From the NCBI GenBank assembly GCA_021613535.1, contig CP075492.1:620001-684000 (forward strand): a DNA stretch of 64,000 nt, written 5' to 3'. The DNA comes from Adineta vaga. Lineage: Eukaryota; Animalia; Rotifera. The number at the start of each line of letters is the position of its first letter. Positions within the stretch are counted from its first letter, which is position 1. The position numbers and the translations under genes are program-made. Positions 12,640 to 25,200 of the stretch are shown piece after piece. The notes beneath the pieces are model-generated. The model was not told the origin of the DNA and made no database searches. It worked only from the letters and a program-made list of their open reading frames with translations.

Positions 12640-14863
12640 CCCCTTGAGGCCGGGGTTACTTTTCAAAAAATAACGGAAAGATTCGAAATGTTGAAGAGAG
12701 ATATTTATTGATATTGATACCAAAAGATGTCTAAAAGTATTTTAGAGTATGATAATCTTGAAAACAACCGGAAATACAAAGTCCGACATCACATTCAGTG
12801 CATTCGTATCTGGTATCAGTCCTCTTTTTAGGTCTTGTTGTCGTTTTTGCATAAACTACGCATTTTCTTTGAGGATTTTGTCTTGCTGATGTTGAAGGTA
12901 TAAGTGATGGAAAATGACAACCGATAAGTCTAATAGGATTGTCTCCGGTGCTGGGTCGACCTGTTGATGCTTTTGGCTTCGCATACATTTCAATGATTTC
13001 ATGAATGAGCTGTAATCGAAAGTCATAAAAATGAATAGTTTTACCGGTTTTTTGCTTGTATAAAATATATGAATTTAGGACAGATATATCCAGTAAATGG
13101 AAAAAAAGTTTTCTATACCATTTAACTGTCTTTCGAACACATTCAACATAACTAATCTGCATATCAGATCTGTCAACAGCACCCATATTTTCATTATAGT
13201 CCTTGACAGAAATCGGCTTTTGAATTTGCTCGTCAGTTTTGTAATCGATTTTTCCACTGTTTATCATCTTTGGTTCGTGTATCGTTGAAAGCATCGTGAC
13301 TTCACGTTTGTCCAACCAACTTTCAGCAAGTAAAATATCGGTGTGTTTATAGTCATGTTCACCTCTTTTCAGCTTGTTCATAAAATTTGGCATTCCAATT
13401 CGATTTCGTCGAACTGTACCACATGCTCCAGTTGACTTCGCATGTAACAATTCAAAAAGAATTGGACTTGTATACCAGTTATCAATGAACAAATTATGAC
13501 CTTTGTGAAGATACGAGTCCATAAGTGTCATTATAATTGAACCTGAAACTCCAAGCTGATTGTTACGTTGAATCTCTGTTTGAGATCCTGTATAAATAAT
13601 AAAATCCAGAATAAATCCAGTGCGACAATCACATAGAACAAATATTTTGATTCCGAATCGACGTCGTTTTGACGGGATATATTGTTCAAAGTATAATCGC
13701 CCTTTCCAGAGTAATAAACTTTCATCTACGCAGAGATTTCTATATGGAATCATAATCCGTTTAAACTTTTCCTTCAAATGTTGTACAACAGACTTGATTT
13801 TGTATAATCTATCCTCTTCCGATTGATCTGTGCCGGTAAAATGTAAAAATTGCAAAAGAAGCAAAAATCTGTCTCTGGCCATAATATCACCAAATATTGG
13901 CGTAGCAATCAAAGGATTAGTGGACCAGTAATCTCTGATTCGGTACTTTTTTACATGAGCCATTAATATGAAGATTGCCAAAAAAAGGTACATCTCTTCA
14001 AAATTAGTTGAAGACCATTGAGCTCGATGTGATGACGATGAATGTTTAGCGGTAGAATCTGCCTGAAATTTGTTTGTCTCGTCAACAATCATTTGTATCA
14101 GTTTTTGATCGAAAAATAGTTTGAAAATTTCTAACAGCGAGCTGTCAGTTAGATCAACAATTATTCCACAATTATTATCTTGAAATTGAAATAATGTTGG
14201 CTGAAAGTTGCCTTTTTTTTGCCATGATCTCGATATGTGATTGGAAATGTGGATTGAAGAAGTATTTTCATCATCCGAAACATCCATGGCATCCTCTGCA
14301 GCAGAGTTATTATAATCATCTTCACTTTCAGTTCCATCGTCGACTTCCATCTCTGATTCAGTTTCTGATTCATCACTAGAAACTTCGTTGATTTCATTGT
14401 TGCTGCGTTTTCTGGCTGTTGCCATTTTGATTCATAAAAGGAACAAAAACACGTAAAATAACTGTCACAAGTATCGTAATTCACCACGAGCGGATGAAGA
14501 AAGAGATGCAAACAAAAATGAATGCGAGTAGATATACACGTATTTATATATGTATACGTAAAATCGACGAAACGAGAATGTATTTTAAAAAAAGAATGCC
14601 TGATGGAAGAGAGAACATGTGTGAAGATAAGTGAAAAATATATCGTACGTCATATCAGTGGAAGATGACGTAAGGAAAGAGAGAACAAGTCATGGGTGTA
14701 AATAAAAAAGGGCCAATGAGGTTATATAATGTGGATGGCAGTATAACATATGGATGGTCTATGTGCTAGCGCGGATCATAATAGCATTATAAGAGGTATA
14801 TCCAAATCAATTATGGGTTAATTTGAAACTGGACGTATATATACGTCCCCCGGCCTCAAGAGG
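12640..14863 (-). mobile_element. Full-length piggyBac transposon 1 (2224 bp)
   Basis: TTAA at 12636-12639 and 14864-14867. 16-bp TIRs CCCCTTGAGGCCGGGG / CCCCGGCCTCAAGAGG (15/16 match). Subterminal palindrome GGACGTATATATACGTCC at 14831-14848. Confidence 0.96.
12731..14425 (-). CDS. piggyBac (PGBD4-like) DDD transposase, 564 aa
   Basis: VDESL, IDNWY, VDRSD catalytic motifs, YIPSKRRRFGIK, and a C-terminal Cys-rich domain with one Cys replaced (CVVY). Confidence 0.95.
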   Translation of the reverse strand: MATARKRSNNEINEVSSDESETESEMEVDDGTESEDDYNNSAAEDAMDVSDDENTSSIHISNHISRSWQKKGNFQPTLFQFQDNNCGIIVDLTDSSLLEIFKLFFDQKLIQMIVDETNKFQADSTAKHSSSSHRAQWSSTNFEEMYLFLAIFILMAHVKKYRIRDYWSTNPLIATPIFGDIMARDRFLLLLQFLHFTGTDQSEEDRLYKIKSVVQHLKEKFKRIMIPYRNLCVDESLLLWKGRLYFEQYIPSKRRRFGIKIFVLCDCRTGFILDFIIYTGSQTEIQRNNQLGVSGSIIMTLMDSYLHKGHNLFIDNWYTSPILFELLHAKSTGACGTVRRNRIGMPNFMNKLKRGEHDYKHTDILLAESWLDKREVTMLSTIHEPKMINSGKIDYKTDEQIQKPISVKDYNENMGAVDRSDMQISYVECVRKTVKWYRKLFFHLLDISVLNSYILYKQKTGKTIHFYDFRLQLIHEIIEMYAKPKASTGRPSTGDNPIRLIGCHFPSLIPSTSARQNPQRKCVVYAKTTTRPKKRTDTRYECTECDVGLCISGCFQDYHTLKYF

Positions 14864-15012
14864 TTAAATAATTAGTATTTTTTAGGGTAACGATTGTGGC
14901 TAAGATTGAGGATATGAACCGAGAAGTAGTATCCATATGGATTCTTACCCTAACACCACAACATATATATTTTGATCTGATTGCTGTGCTATTTCGTCAG
15001 AGAATAAAAAAT

Positions 15013-15084
15013 CCCTCTGTAATGTAGTGGTCATCATCTCTGATTGTAGCTCAGGTAATCTCGGTTCGATTCCGAGCGGAGGGA
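15013..15084 (+). tRNA. Intronless tRNA with GTA (Tyr) anticodon and His-like body
   Basis: Cloverleaf: acceptor CCCTCTG/CGGAGGG+A, anticodon stem TCTGA/TCAGG with loop TT-GTA-GC (15046-15048), T arm CTCGG-TTCGATT-CCGAG, T-run terminator at 15089-15096. Confidence 0.8.
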
Positions 15085-15243
15085 ACTATTTTTTTGCTTT
15101 TCATAATTACTCTATACCTGTATATCATTTCTTTCCTTATCAAAGAAAAGAAATGCGTCATTTTGATTCTTTCATTGAAAAGAGAAAGGAGAGAAAATGA
15201 ATGCAAACGTATGATGTAATGCTGAATGATGCAAAAAGAATTA

Positions 15244-15315
15244 TATCCAAGCCGGGATTTGAACCCGGGTATTGGCGGTGAAAGCGCCACATCCTAACCG
15301 CTAGACTACATGGAT
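15244..15315 (-). tRNA. tRNA-Glu(TTC)
   Basis: Minus strand ATCCATG-TAGTCTAGCGGTTAGGATG-TGGCG-CTTTCAC-CGCCA-ATAC-CCGGG-TTCAAAT-CCCGG-CTTGGAT-A. One T-T mismatch in the acceptor stem; downstream T run. Confidence 0.85.
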
Positions 15316-15907
15316 TTGATCTGTTTATGATGATACGAAGAAAACATTGTTACAGATGTGGGTAATGCTAGCATGGTAAAATATAAATCTCATTGATAAA
15401 TCAATAATTGATTCGCAATACAGATATTTATGAGAAAGTTTCTTGTTCCTTCTTAGTGTTTCTATTTTCAATGCAATTAGAAACACGAACTTTGTTGAGT
15501 TGTTTAATTAATTCATTTTGAGGCTGTGCTTGGAAAGAGTCTCCACCACCAATGTCCCGGCGAACGATAATTCCCAAGTAAATTACATAAATTCTGAAAA
15601 TCGACAGGCAGCATTTTAACGATATTGTTATAACGATGAAATGGATCTGTAGTTCTAGCAATGACATCATAAAAGATTCTGCATCGACTTCCGTGCGTTC
15701 TATATTTTATATAAGCTAGTAACCGTTCATTACTAGTATCACATTCATCAAGATTAGAAAATGAGGTAATTATATGTAATTGATTGAACTTCTTTGGCCA
15801 TTTCTAAATCAGATTTTCTTCGAAGTTCATCCCGAAATGACTGGATCATTTCATTGCTGACAAAATCACAAAACGTTAAACAAACAACAAAATTTTCTGG
15901 CTTAGCA

Positions 15908-15972
15908 GGGTGGGTGTGGGCGTGGGTGTGAATGAATGTAACACCCACTCCCACACACACACACCCACAACC
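15908..15972. repeat. Telomeric-repeat hairpin element 2
   Basis: GGGTGGGTGTGGGCGTGGGTGTG-aatgaatgta-ACACCCACTCCCACACACACACACCCACAACC. Confidence 0.75.
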
Positions 15973-16965
15973 TTTCTCTTTTAAAAGAATTAGAACCAAA
16001 ATATCACAGTTTCGAGTAAAGTGATTTTCACATAATAAGAACTGAAATACGTTTTTCACGGTAAGTGTTTTAAATTCGTTTTAGTTGAGAATATCATATT
16101 TTGGATATAATCCATTGACAAAAGAAATCCTTTGGAGGTTTTGCTAGCCTAGTATCCACATGCCTCTGCTGAAAATAGGAAATTGAAACATTCCAATAAC
16201 TAGAGCAATCTACCGTCATTATAGTTTAACCGAGACTACAGCTTGGATCTTCCCTACGTCAAGTACTCACCGAAATGTTTTTCTGCCAAACCTATTTTCT
16301 AATAACTATACATTTAATTAGAAAAAAAACTTCATAGAAAAACTTTTTCTAGAAAAGTGGTTGGTTTCCGACGCATTCACTCAATAATAAAAAAAGAGGC
16401 AACGTCAAAGAAAAATGTAATGAATATATGTAATTATGCTGGCAACTAACAGGAAAGACAATGTTCTGGGATATCCTGCTAGTTGACGCCAATATTTATT
16501 TACAGCTACCTTTAAATTTTGACAAAAAAGAACAGAAATGACGAATGTAGCTAGAAAGCAATCTTTTTAACTGCTTAAAAAAACAATGTAGAACAACATT
16601 ATATTTATTGTCACGTATTAGAAAACGAAGGCAGTAGTGAAGGGTTATTTTTCTCTTGGAAAGAGAGAGAAAGAGAGCAACCATGTATATAGAGAAAAAA
16701 CATTTTAGCTTTAAATGACAGTTAGAAGTATCTTTTGGATAGAAGAAACATTCATAAAAGTAATCTAGTGTTAAAGCTGTTACTTGCTTTTTCTACATAA
16801 ACAGGTCGACAGCAATTTCTGAATAAACTCAGAATATCCGCTTTTATCGCATAACAACTGATATCTTTTTTTAGAGAACTGGTTCCACACGTAAGTAAAG
16901 TTAGCAGCGGCATCCAAAATACTGAGTGACATATAATTTCACTTAGTATCGCTTACTGATATGTG

Positions 16966-17053
16966 CAGGCATGCACCGAGGCCGGGAACAACCCGGGAAG
17001 GACCGAACGCATGAAGCTTGAGTCCGATTTTCTCGGGTGTGTGTGCATGCCTA
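16966..17053. mobile_element. Short hAT-type MITE (88 bp)
   Basis: TIR CAGGCATGCAC / GTGCATGCCTA; 8-bp flanking repeats GATATGTG / GATATATG (7/8). Confidence 0.7.
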
Positions 17054-17618
17054 GATATATGCCTAAAGGTTAGGGAGCAGCCAAGACTACCGGAATAGAT
17101 AGAGAGCATGATTTCCCAACGAACGATGCCAGTTGAGAGGGGCTTTATCCATAAATCCTTTCCCGTAATAGAAGTCCCCTCTGGAATGACCGACGTGAGA
17201 AACTTATTAGAAGCCCCATGAATTTCAAAAAGTACTTGAAGTTTTTGGAAACTTTTATTAGTATTTTCATGATATAAACTGTCAAAGCTAGGTGATTTTG
17301 AGTAAAAAACTGCTTTAAATGTTACTCAACAGGATGCAAATCTTAAAATAATACAGCAGGGTTTAATAAATACGGGAGTTTCATCCAGTATTCCTCGACA
17401 TAAGAATTTTTAGGTCAGAATTTGAGTGTTTTCTGTGGCGATTCACTATATTACTGGTCCGGACTTTTTTTATGATGAATCCCGGTTGAACTCAATGAGC
17501 TCTACCAGATACATCAACCACTTTTTTATTTTTGTTCAATTCAACAAGAAAAAAACGCCAAATACTGCGAACCTTAACATGAAGAATATACTTTTTACAT
17601 ATATTTTCTTTATTTTCC

Positions 17619-17667
17619 GGGTGTGAGTGAGGTGTGTCTTCTACCTCTGTATCTCACCCACACCCTC
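17619..17667. repeat. Telomeric-repeat hairpin element 3
   Basis: GGGTGTGAGTGAGGTGTG ... CTCACCCACACCCTC. Confidence 0.7.
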
Positions 17668-17743
17668 TGTGGTTTCGCGTAGCACCATTTTGTTTTCAGT
17701 GCACCCATATTTACCTTCACCGATTGTAGAAACCCTTGAGAGG

Positions 17744-18524
17744 TTTTTTGTGTACTCAAAAAGTGAGTACACTACTAAAATCGGTCAGTGTGTCCGGCCG
17801 TCCGTTTACACGATAACTCTTCACAACTGCATTCGATTGAGCTGAAACTTTGTGCACATAATTGTCTCATCAATATCTCGGTCGAGTTCGAAGACGAGAA
17901 TGATCTCTCCAGAAATGGCTGAGCTATCGAAAAAATTGTCATTTTTGACCAGACCATCCCTGAGGGGGAATACAGCGTTTTTTTGAAAAAACATTTTCTC
18001 TCAAAAGTATTTAAAACATGTATGAATCCATTCAGTTTTTAACGCTGATTCCGAATCTGATTTTGGTTTTGAGTCAAATCGTAGTTTACTAAGGAAAAAT
18101 GCTTAAAAAGGTCTCCAATGCGCAAAAACTGTATTTTAACACCGAATTGCCTAAATGCATTTCATATGATCTGCAGTTTGGGAGTTTCCCAAATGCTTGG
18201 TTTTGTAGCTAGTCGGAACGACTATCAAAAGAGAAAAACCTGATCTCCAAACCTATTGATATTGATGATCTATTATGAAAATGCTGATATGTGTATCTAT
18301 CATAGATCTTTTATAGATTCATGAGGTTGCATATGACCGTTATTCCGATAGATTCCAATACAAAAATTGATTCATAACTCAACATGAAAAATCTTGCTCA
18401 TCGAAAAATTTCTCGTGGTAATTTTGATGCATAGACATTCTAGAATGATCCATCTCTCCCATGCACTTTTTACAGTACACATAACTCTCGGATAAAATCC
18501 GAAGTTTCCGCATTTATTCTATTT
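17744..18524 (+). mobile_element. Non-autonomous Helentron/DINE-1-like element (HINE)
   Basis: T-run start; 5' subTIR GTGTACTCAAAAAG (17750-17763) forming a hairpin with TGAGTACAC; GTCC-type microsatellite; 3' subTIR CTTTTTACAGTACAC (18466-18480); stem-loop TCGGATAAAATCCGA (18488-18502); T end. Confidence 0.7.
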
Positions 18525-19273
18525 CTACAGACCGATTGGGTGGCGCCCAACTCTGCTCATTCTTGGTTTCGTCACTGATGTTATCGTTCCTAGCCTCTAA
18601 CTACTGGACGTATAAGTATCTACTCACGTCTCAATGGCCTTATCGTTGTACCTCTATCTTAATGGATGCATGTGTATCACATTACTACTGTATGCATAAG
18701 ATTATATCTACACCAATAGCCATAGTTCATACTATACTTCAATGGATATGTGAATATCGAACATTCATAACATCTTAGAAAAATCCGAAGACATGCGGGT
18801 GAGCCACGCATGGAAACTTTGGATCGATAATAATCAGAAAAGGCGCACATATACAGGTGTCCACAATGCGGTTGATCTGTGGGAATTATTCATAACTACA
18901 TATCGTTCTTTATAATTAAACAATGTGAGACAGTGTATACAAATAGTCATATACACTATAGTAAGAAGTGTTTGTAACTAACATACATTTTAATTGTATA
19001 AGAAATGCTCACACAAAACTAAAAACACATCGCACACCATCTTAATAAACATAGATGAATGAACATTATACTGGACAATACTCATTCACTATTTTAATTA
19101 ATTTCAACAGTATTTCCTCTACTATAATATGTTTACTAAATAGAATATTTTTTCATTTTAGAGCAAAGTATTTAAATTATCTTTAAATCAGTTAAGTTAA
19201 TTTAGCATTTTTTGGAAAAGATTTATTCAACATAATGAATTCAAAGATGGTTTATGAATGGATTCATAAAAAG

Positions 19274-22200
19274 ATGTCGAATTATAATCTTTTCATGTTG
19301 GAAGAAAATGATTATGAGGACGATGATGATAGACTTCAAGATCCAGCTACTGTTCTTAAACAACAAAAATACAAAACTTGGTTGTATGTTGTACTTCTCG
19401 CAGGTAAATAACAAATAATACATTTGCTCTTTGAAACAATTTTGTTTTCATATGACTATCAATCAGTTCATAATATAATGCGATGATATTTTTCACAAGT
19501 TTTTTGTCATTGGATCTTTATTTTAGTATGTCTTTATATATTGTTCTATGGAACTTTAATCAAAGCAGAATCTAAAACAGAGATTATCTCCAATATAACA
19601 CCTGCTATTTTTGATCAGTTGTATGCTGAACATGTTGAAACTCTTTCATGTCCATGTTCAACAATCACAATACCATACGAGAATTTTGTTTCGAACAATG
19701 TTACAATGCATCCTGTTTGCTCGAGTGTTTTCGTTAGTAAAGAATGGATTGAAGGATTATATATTGAAAATGCCACTCATTATGAAACATGGGACTTTCG
19801 AAAAGTAGCCTATTCACAGGTTAGTCAAAACCAATTTTCACGAACCATCCCATGTTTTTGATTGCGATGAAATGATCGCATCGTCGCGCATTCATATTTC
19901 GACACTATTCTAGTTATTTTTACAATAAAAACATCTTTAATCAACAGCATAATATACCAAAGTGGGTGAGTGTCAGTGATGACGCAATTTTTAGCGATCA
20001 CCACACCCTCTCAGATCTGATTGGTTCCCATGCAGACTACCGGGGTGGTGATGACTCATCTTATATATGAGTGTTCTTACAGGTGACTCATATATATGTT
20101 GAGTATCACTTACCTGTCAAAATTGACAGTTAAAATATTAATTTATCTGGTAGATGAAAATTGAACAAATGAGCTTGAATGTCTATTACATCTCCTTTTA
20201 TACCCCATTAACGATAATAACCGTTATTATTCAAAAACATCGAGTAGGTAAGCTGGAGAAAAGAGGTGACATGAACTCTAACTCGGTTTCTTTCCATCTT
20301 ACAAAAGAATATTATTTGTTAATCAATTAAGCAAAATTTGCGTTTGAGAGACAGTGAAAATGTAAATATGCATGATGTAGTTTTTGCCCTAATTAAATAG
20401 TAACAAATTATGAACAGTAACCAACCACTGAACTGACTGTTTAATCAGGAAGAACAGTTATGATAAAAAAAGAAACAAGAATAGCAGAAATCTTCACATC
20501 TACACCCTCAGTTGTTCAAATGGCAAGTCTTGCGAATGTTCAATGCATTTTGAGCAAGTTACTGATGTTGAATGGCGATGAAATTCTCAGATTTCGATGA
20601 AACTAATTCTAATCTCGAACAATTCCATTTTTTATTTCTATATAGTGAAAGTTTTATTACCTTTTCATTTTATTTATCATAACATGATTATTTCAACATT
20701 CGTATTCTTTTCATTTAGTTTGAACTTCTCTCCAAACTTTGTTTACTTTCTCGAGAAATCATTTCTCAAATTCAAACTGATGTTAACAATACCGAATTTC
20801 TAACAATTAATCTTCTACCGAGAATGCCCATTCAATTGGAAATAGATGTTACCATTGAGTCTCAGAAGAATAATGCATTCGATCGAATGATATCATTCTT
20901 GAATTATTGGGAAATAACAATTAAAAGAAACAATTTAATTTCAGCTCTTGGCACAAATTTCTTGATGTTAATAGGTTATGATACCGATGTACCTATTGTA
21001 TGCGGATTTCCGGCACTTTATAATAACACAGATTTATTTACTCTCCAACCATGTGGCGTAAGCTCATCAGCTAAGGATCCTATAAATGCAGCTTTCCTCT
21101 CTCCACAACCAATGGATCTTAACCATGTTGCACTGCAATTGTTTTTGAAAACACGACCCAATGCTACAATCGTGAACGGCTTCTTTGTAGCATGTACAGT
21201 TCTTGATGCACTTCTTGCAAGTACACTTGATTGCCTGTACGAATTGAAATGTATTCAATTGTTATTCAACTATTTTCCAAATCTCAATCAAGTTTGGATA
21301 ATTTTTCAGTATGTTTTCAACATATTTATTCTTTTGTTTAGATGAATTTCAACTGGAACAATTCGCTTTTATCTTCTAAGTATGATAATAATTCTGTAGG
21401 TGATTATTTACAAACGTTTTTTGTTACAAACTGGTCAACAAATCTGAATTATTCTTTGTACTTTGATCAATGTTCACCATCAATGTGCACATATTCAACA
21501 GCAGAGAGAAAAGATTTAGCCTATGCAATCACACTTTTTATTAGTCTTTATGGTGGTCTCATCATTATACTTCGTTTAGTTGCATCATATTTAATTAGTT
21601 TTTGGTTCAAATTTAAAAAACATTCAAATGAAATTTCTGGTAAGATTTGAGAAAACAATCCAAGAGATTTTTCATTGATTGTCAAAAAAACTGTGGCCCA
21701 CTTCTTTAATTTTTCTCTCTCTCTTCGAAACATCTCTGCATATCAAATTCACATTATCACAATATATAAAATCTGCTTATCTTATAGTTCATCAAAATAC
21801 AAATATGTTCAAACCAATTCCATCAATGAAGCAATTGAATGTATTCAAGAATATTAATGATCGAGCAGAAAACAGTATCAAACAACAAAGAGTTATCACT
21901 CGTGTCTATTTATGTCTATTGTTAGGTAAACCGAATCTCATTACGCATGTCTCCATAGGCGGCGGAACAAACTCAGTTTAGGGGAGGCTCAAAAAAAAAA
22001 GATTGAAATAACGACGAAAGAGAGAAAAAAGAATTAGTAGCTAATTTTCAGAATTGAGGGTGTGTGGATCTAGGTCTGTTTCTACAAACCTACACCCACA
22101 CCCTGACAATTAGATCTCAGTCACTTTTTGACAAACAATACGACTGTCTCGGTTCCAAAAGAATTAAGAGCTGCTCGGTGAAGTTTTTTAATCGTTGTAG

Positions 22201-25200
22201 AATAAGCACCTTATGGTTCATTAGCAACTTTTGTACTGAAAACTTCAAACAACCTTGTCAAACCCACCTACTGCTGCAGTACAATCAAATTTCTCAATTT
22301 TTTCTTAGAAACTGGTGGAAAAAATGCAAAAACTACTGAATTTTGTCCATCCATTCACTCTTTATGTTGTTGTTAAATTTAAGCACATCGATTAATCAGA
22401 GTTTGTAACTGTGATTGCTGCCGAAGGCGGCCAGATTTTCACATTCATCTTGGCGACAGAAATATTTTAAGCAATGTTTCATTACACTGCTGCTGATTGA
22501 CTTTCAAATACATAGAGTGATTTCACCCTCCCGAAGTCTCCACTGTTCTATTTCAGGGAGGCTTGAACCTCCCAAAGCCTAATGGCTCCGTCGCCTATGC
22601 ATGACAATTTCAGAGCACATCCTTTTCAAACTGTGAAAGATTGCTCGATCTTATAAAACATTTTCATTTTTTTCATATGCTAATATGTGTATATATATAT
22701 TTATTTCTTTGAAATATTAGGATCAATATGTACTCTTTGTCTCTACAATTTATTAAGCACGGAAATAGTCACAATAACTGTATCAAATCCATCATTAACA
22801 ACTTATAACTTATTAGAAATGAAAAATTCAACAACACTTCGATGTCCATGTGCAAATAAAACAATGCCTTACGGAACGCTTATCTCATTTTCTCCAGTTT
22901 TTCATCAAATATGCTCAAGTGGTTTCGTTACTGATGATTGGATTTCTAGTATGATACAAAGTACTAGTCATGTTTCAGTATTTTATGATTGGCGTCTAAA
23001 TGCATTTAAACAATTTCAAATGTTATCTGATCTTTGTCAATTAGCTAATAAAACGATTGATACAAGTATCGAAAGATTTTTTTCTCAATTCTTTATCGCT
23101 TCGTCTGTAATGAATAAAGACGAATTTGATCAACAATTATATGCAGATATCAATCAATTTTATCAATCAACAGTTTATAATTTTGATTTGATGAAAGATA
23201 TCACACAGCTTATTCAACAAGTTAATCAATTTCACGAACAACTACTCACACAAGGAAGGTCACTTTCTGATCCTGCTCTAGTGCTAACTGTCGCAGAAAA
23301 CGCGACAAACGATTATCCAATAGTACAAGTAAGTTATTTTGTCTTAGATGATAGAATATTGTATTAGTTTGTGAAATTAAATCAGTATATAAACTACTTC
23401 AATCGTTCACAATAAGAAATTGGAGGAAATTGTTGAAAGAAAACGTTTGTTTTTATATTTATTATTGTACGTTATTATTGAGAATCGAAGAGAGAAAGCT
23501 TAAAAATGAAAAGAATATACTGATTAAATTCTATATTATATTTCTTTGAATAGTGTTTTTGGAGTATGGTCGAGAAACGTGTCTTGAGGATAGTAGTTTT
23601 AATTTGCTATTCAGAACTTCAAAAGGATAAGAGCTCAAGACCTTCCCTTCAGAGTTATAGCCATTTTACTGGAATTTTAGCCTATATAGCACGATATACA
23701 CTAACAAATAGAATGACCATATTTCGACCTGAAATTTTCAGCTAAACCAAATGTTTCCTTTACGAGATGTTGAATTTCCAAAGATCACTGATACTCCATG
23801 AAAGATGCGAGAGTCGCATGTTTTTTTTGGAAATTCGACACCTCATGAAGGAAACATTTATTTTAGTTGAAAATTTCAGGACATTCTATTTACGAATAGA
23901 CCTATCGGCGGGAACAATTTCAGGTGGAACTATGGTTATTCTATTTGCTAGTGTATATCGTGCTATAGGCCCTTATCCTTTCGAGGTTTTTCATACCTCA
24001 CCGGGGTCTACTTTATGCACAGAGCTCGACCTCAAAAACGGTTAATCACTTCGGGTACTTCTCTCGTTAGTATCTAAATAAGGGAATATAATATTTCTCT
24101 ATCAACTAATAATGAAATGTAAATCTAAACGATTTTGTTTATAGCTGGGATTTGTTTTATATCGTGTTGAAGATATCAATTCAGAATTGACTACGTGTAT
24201 TTGTGCTATAAATCCATATTGTCAAAGACCAGCTGTTATTACTTCTTTCGATCCTGCCATTGACACGAACAATCCTTCCGATGCTATTCATAATATATCT
24301 GGCTGGGTTCATGGCTGTCTTGCTACTGATTCTATTTCACTTTCGACACTTCAGTGTTTGTATGTAGATTCAGATTGTTTTCCATTGTTATTGACTTATA
24401 TGGGAAAAGACAATACTGATGTATTATCCCTTCCATCATCATCATTTCGTCTGCGACCACTCGTGTACGATCCAACACTGAGTCGTTATCCTCCAAATAC
24501 ATTGATTTCAACAATTATCAAAGAGTTAATGCTTGAAAAATGGAATCTTGTTTCATCCTATGAACAATTTTATGAATCTTGTACGCCAATATATTGTACG
24601 TATTCTGAAAGTATTCGCAAGCAAACTTTTCTCGGACTAATTATAACACTGGTGTCGATGATTGGTGGTATTGTTGTTTCATTGCGTATTTTAACACCTC
24701 ATCTTGTTAAAATGTTTTTGGGATTGTTGGCAAAGTTCAATAAAAAATCCAATAAAAATGAACAAGGTAATCATTTGTTTAAGCAAATTTTAATTTATTA
24801 TGCGACTAGAAACGAACTTCATTCATATCAACTGAATTTTATTAGTAGAGAACATGAATCATACAGACAATCTATTTATTATCTGTTAAAGTAAAAACAA
24901 ATATATTACCTCTACTCGTATTTTTTAGATAAATTCTTAGAAAATCTTCAATTAATTTCTATTTCTAGTTCGACATGGCTTTGCTTATCGATTGAAGATG
25001 ATGATACAGAATACAATTAAAATGTTACGTACGACATTGACTGATTTAAATATATTTATGTTACGTGATTTTGGAAGTGATCTTGATCGAGTGACAGCAA
25101 AACGTTATGGTCGATGGGCAACTCGTCTATATTTCATCTTATTTATCACTAGTTTCACTATCCTAATCTTATATACAATCATTCAACCAAATATTTTGAC

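Noticed and set aside
15754-16059. ORF with CGCVCVGVG/HTHAHTHP
   Set aside because: Translation artefact of telomeric hairpin 2; the same applies to the N-terminus of ORF 36545-37174.
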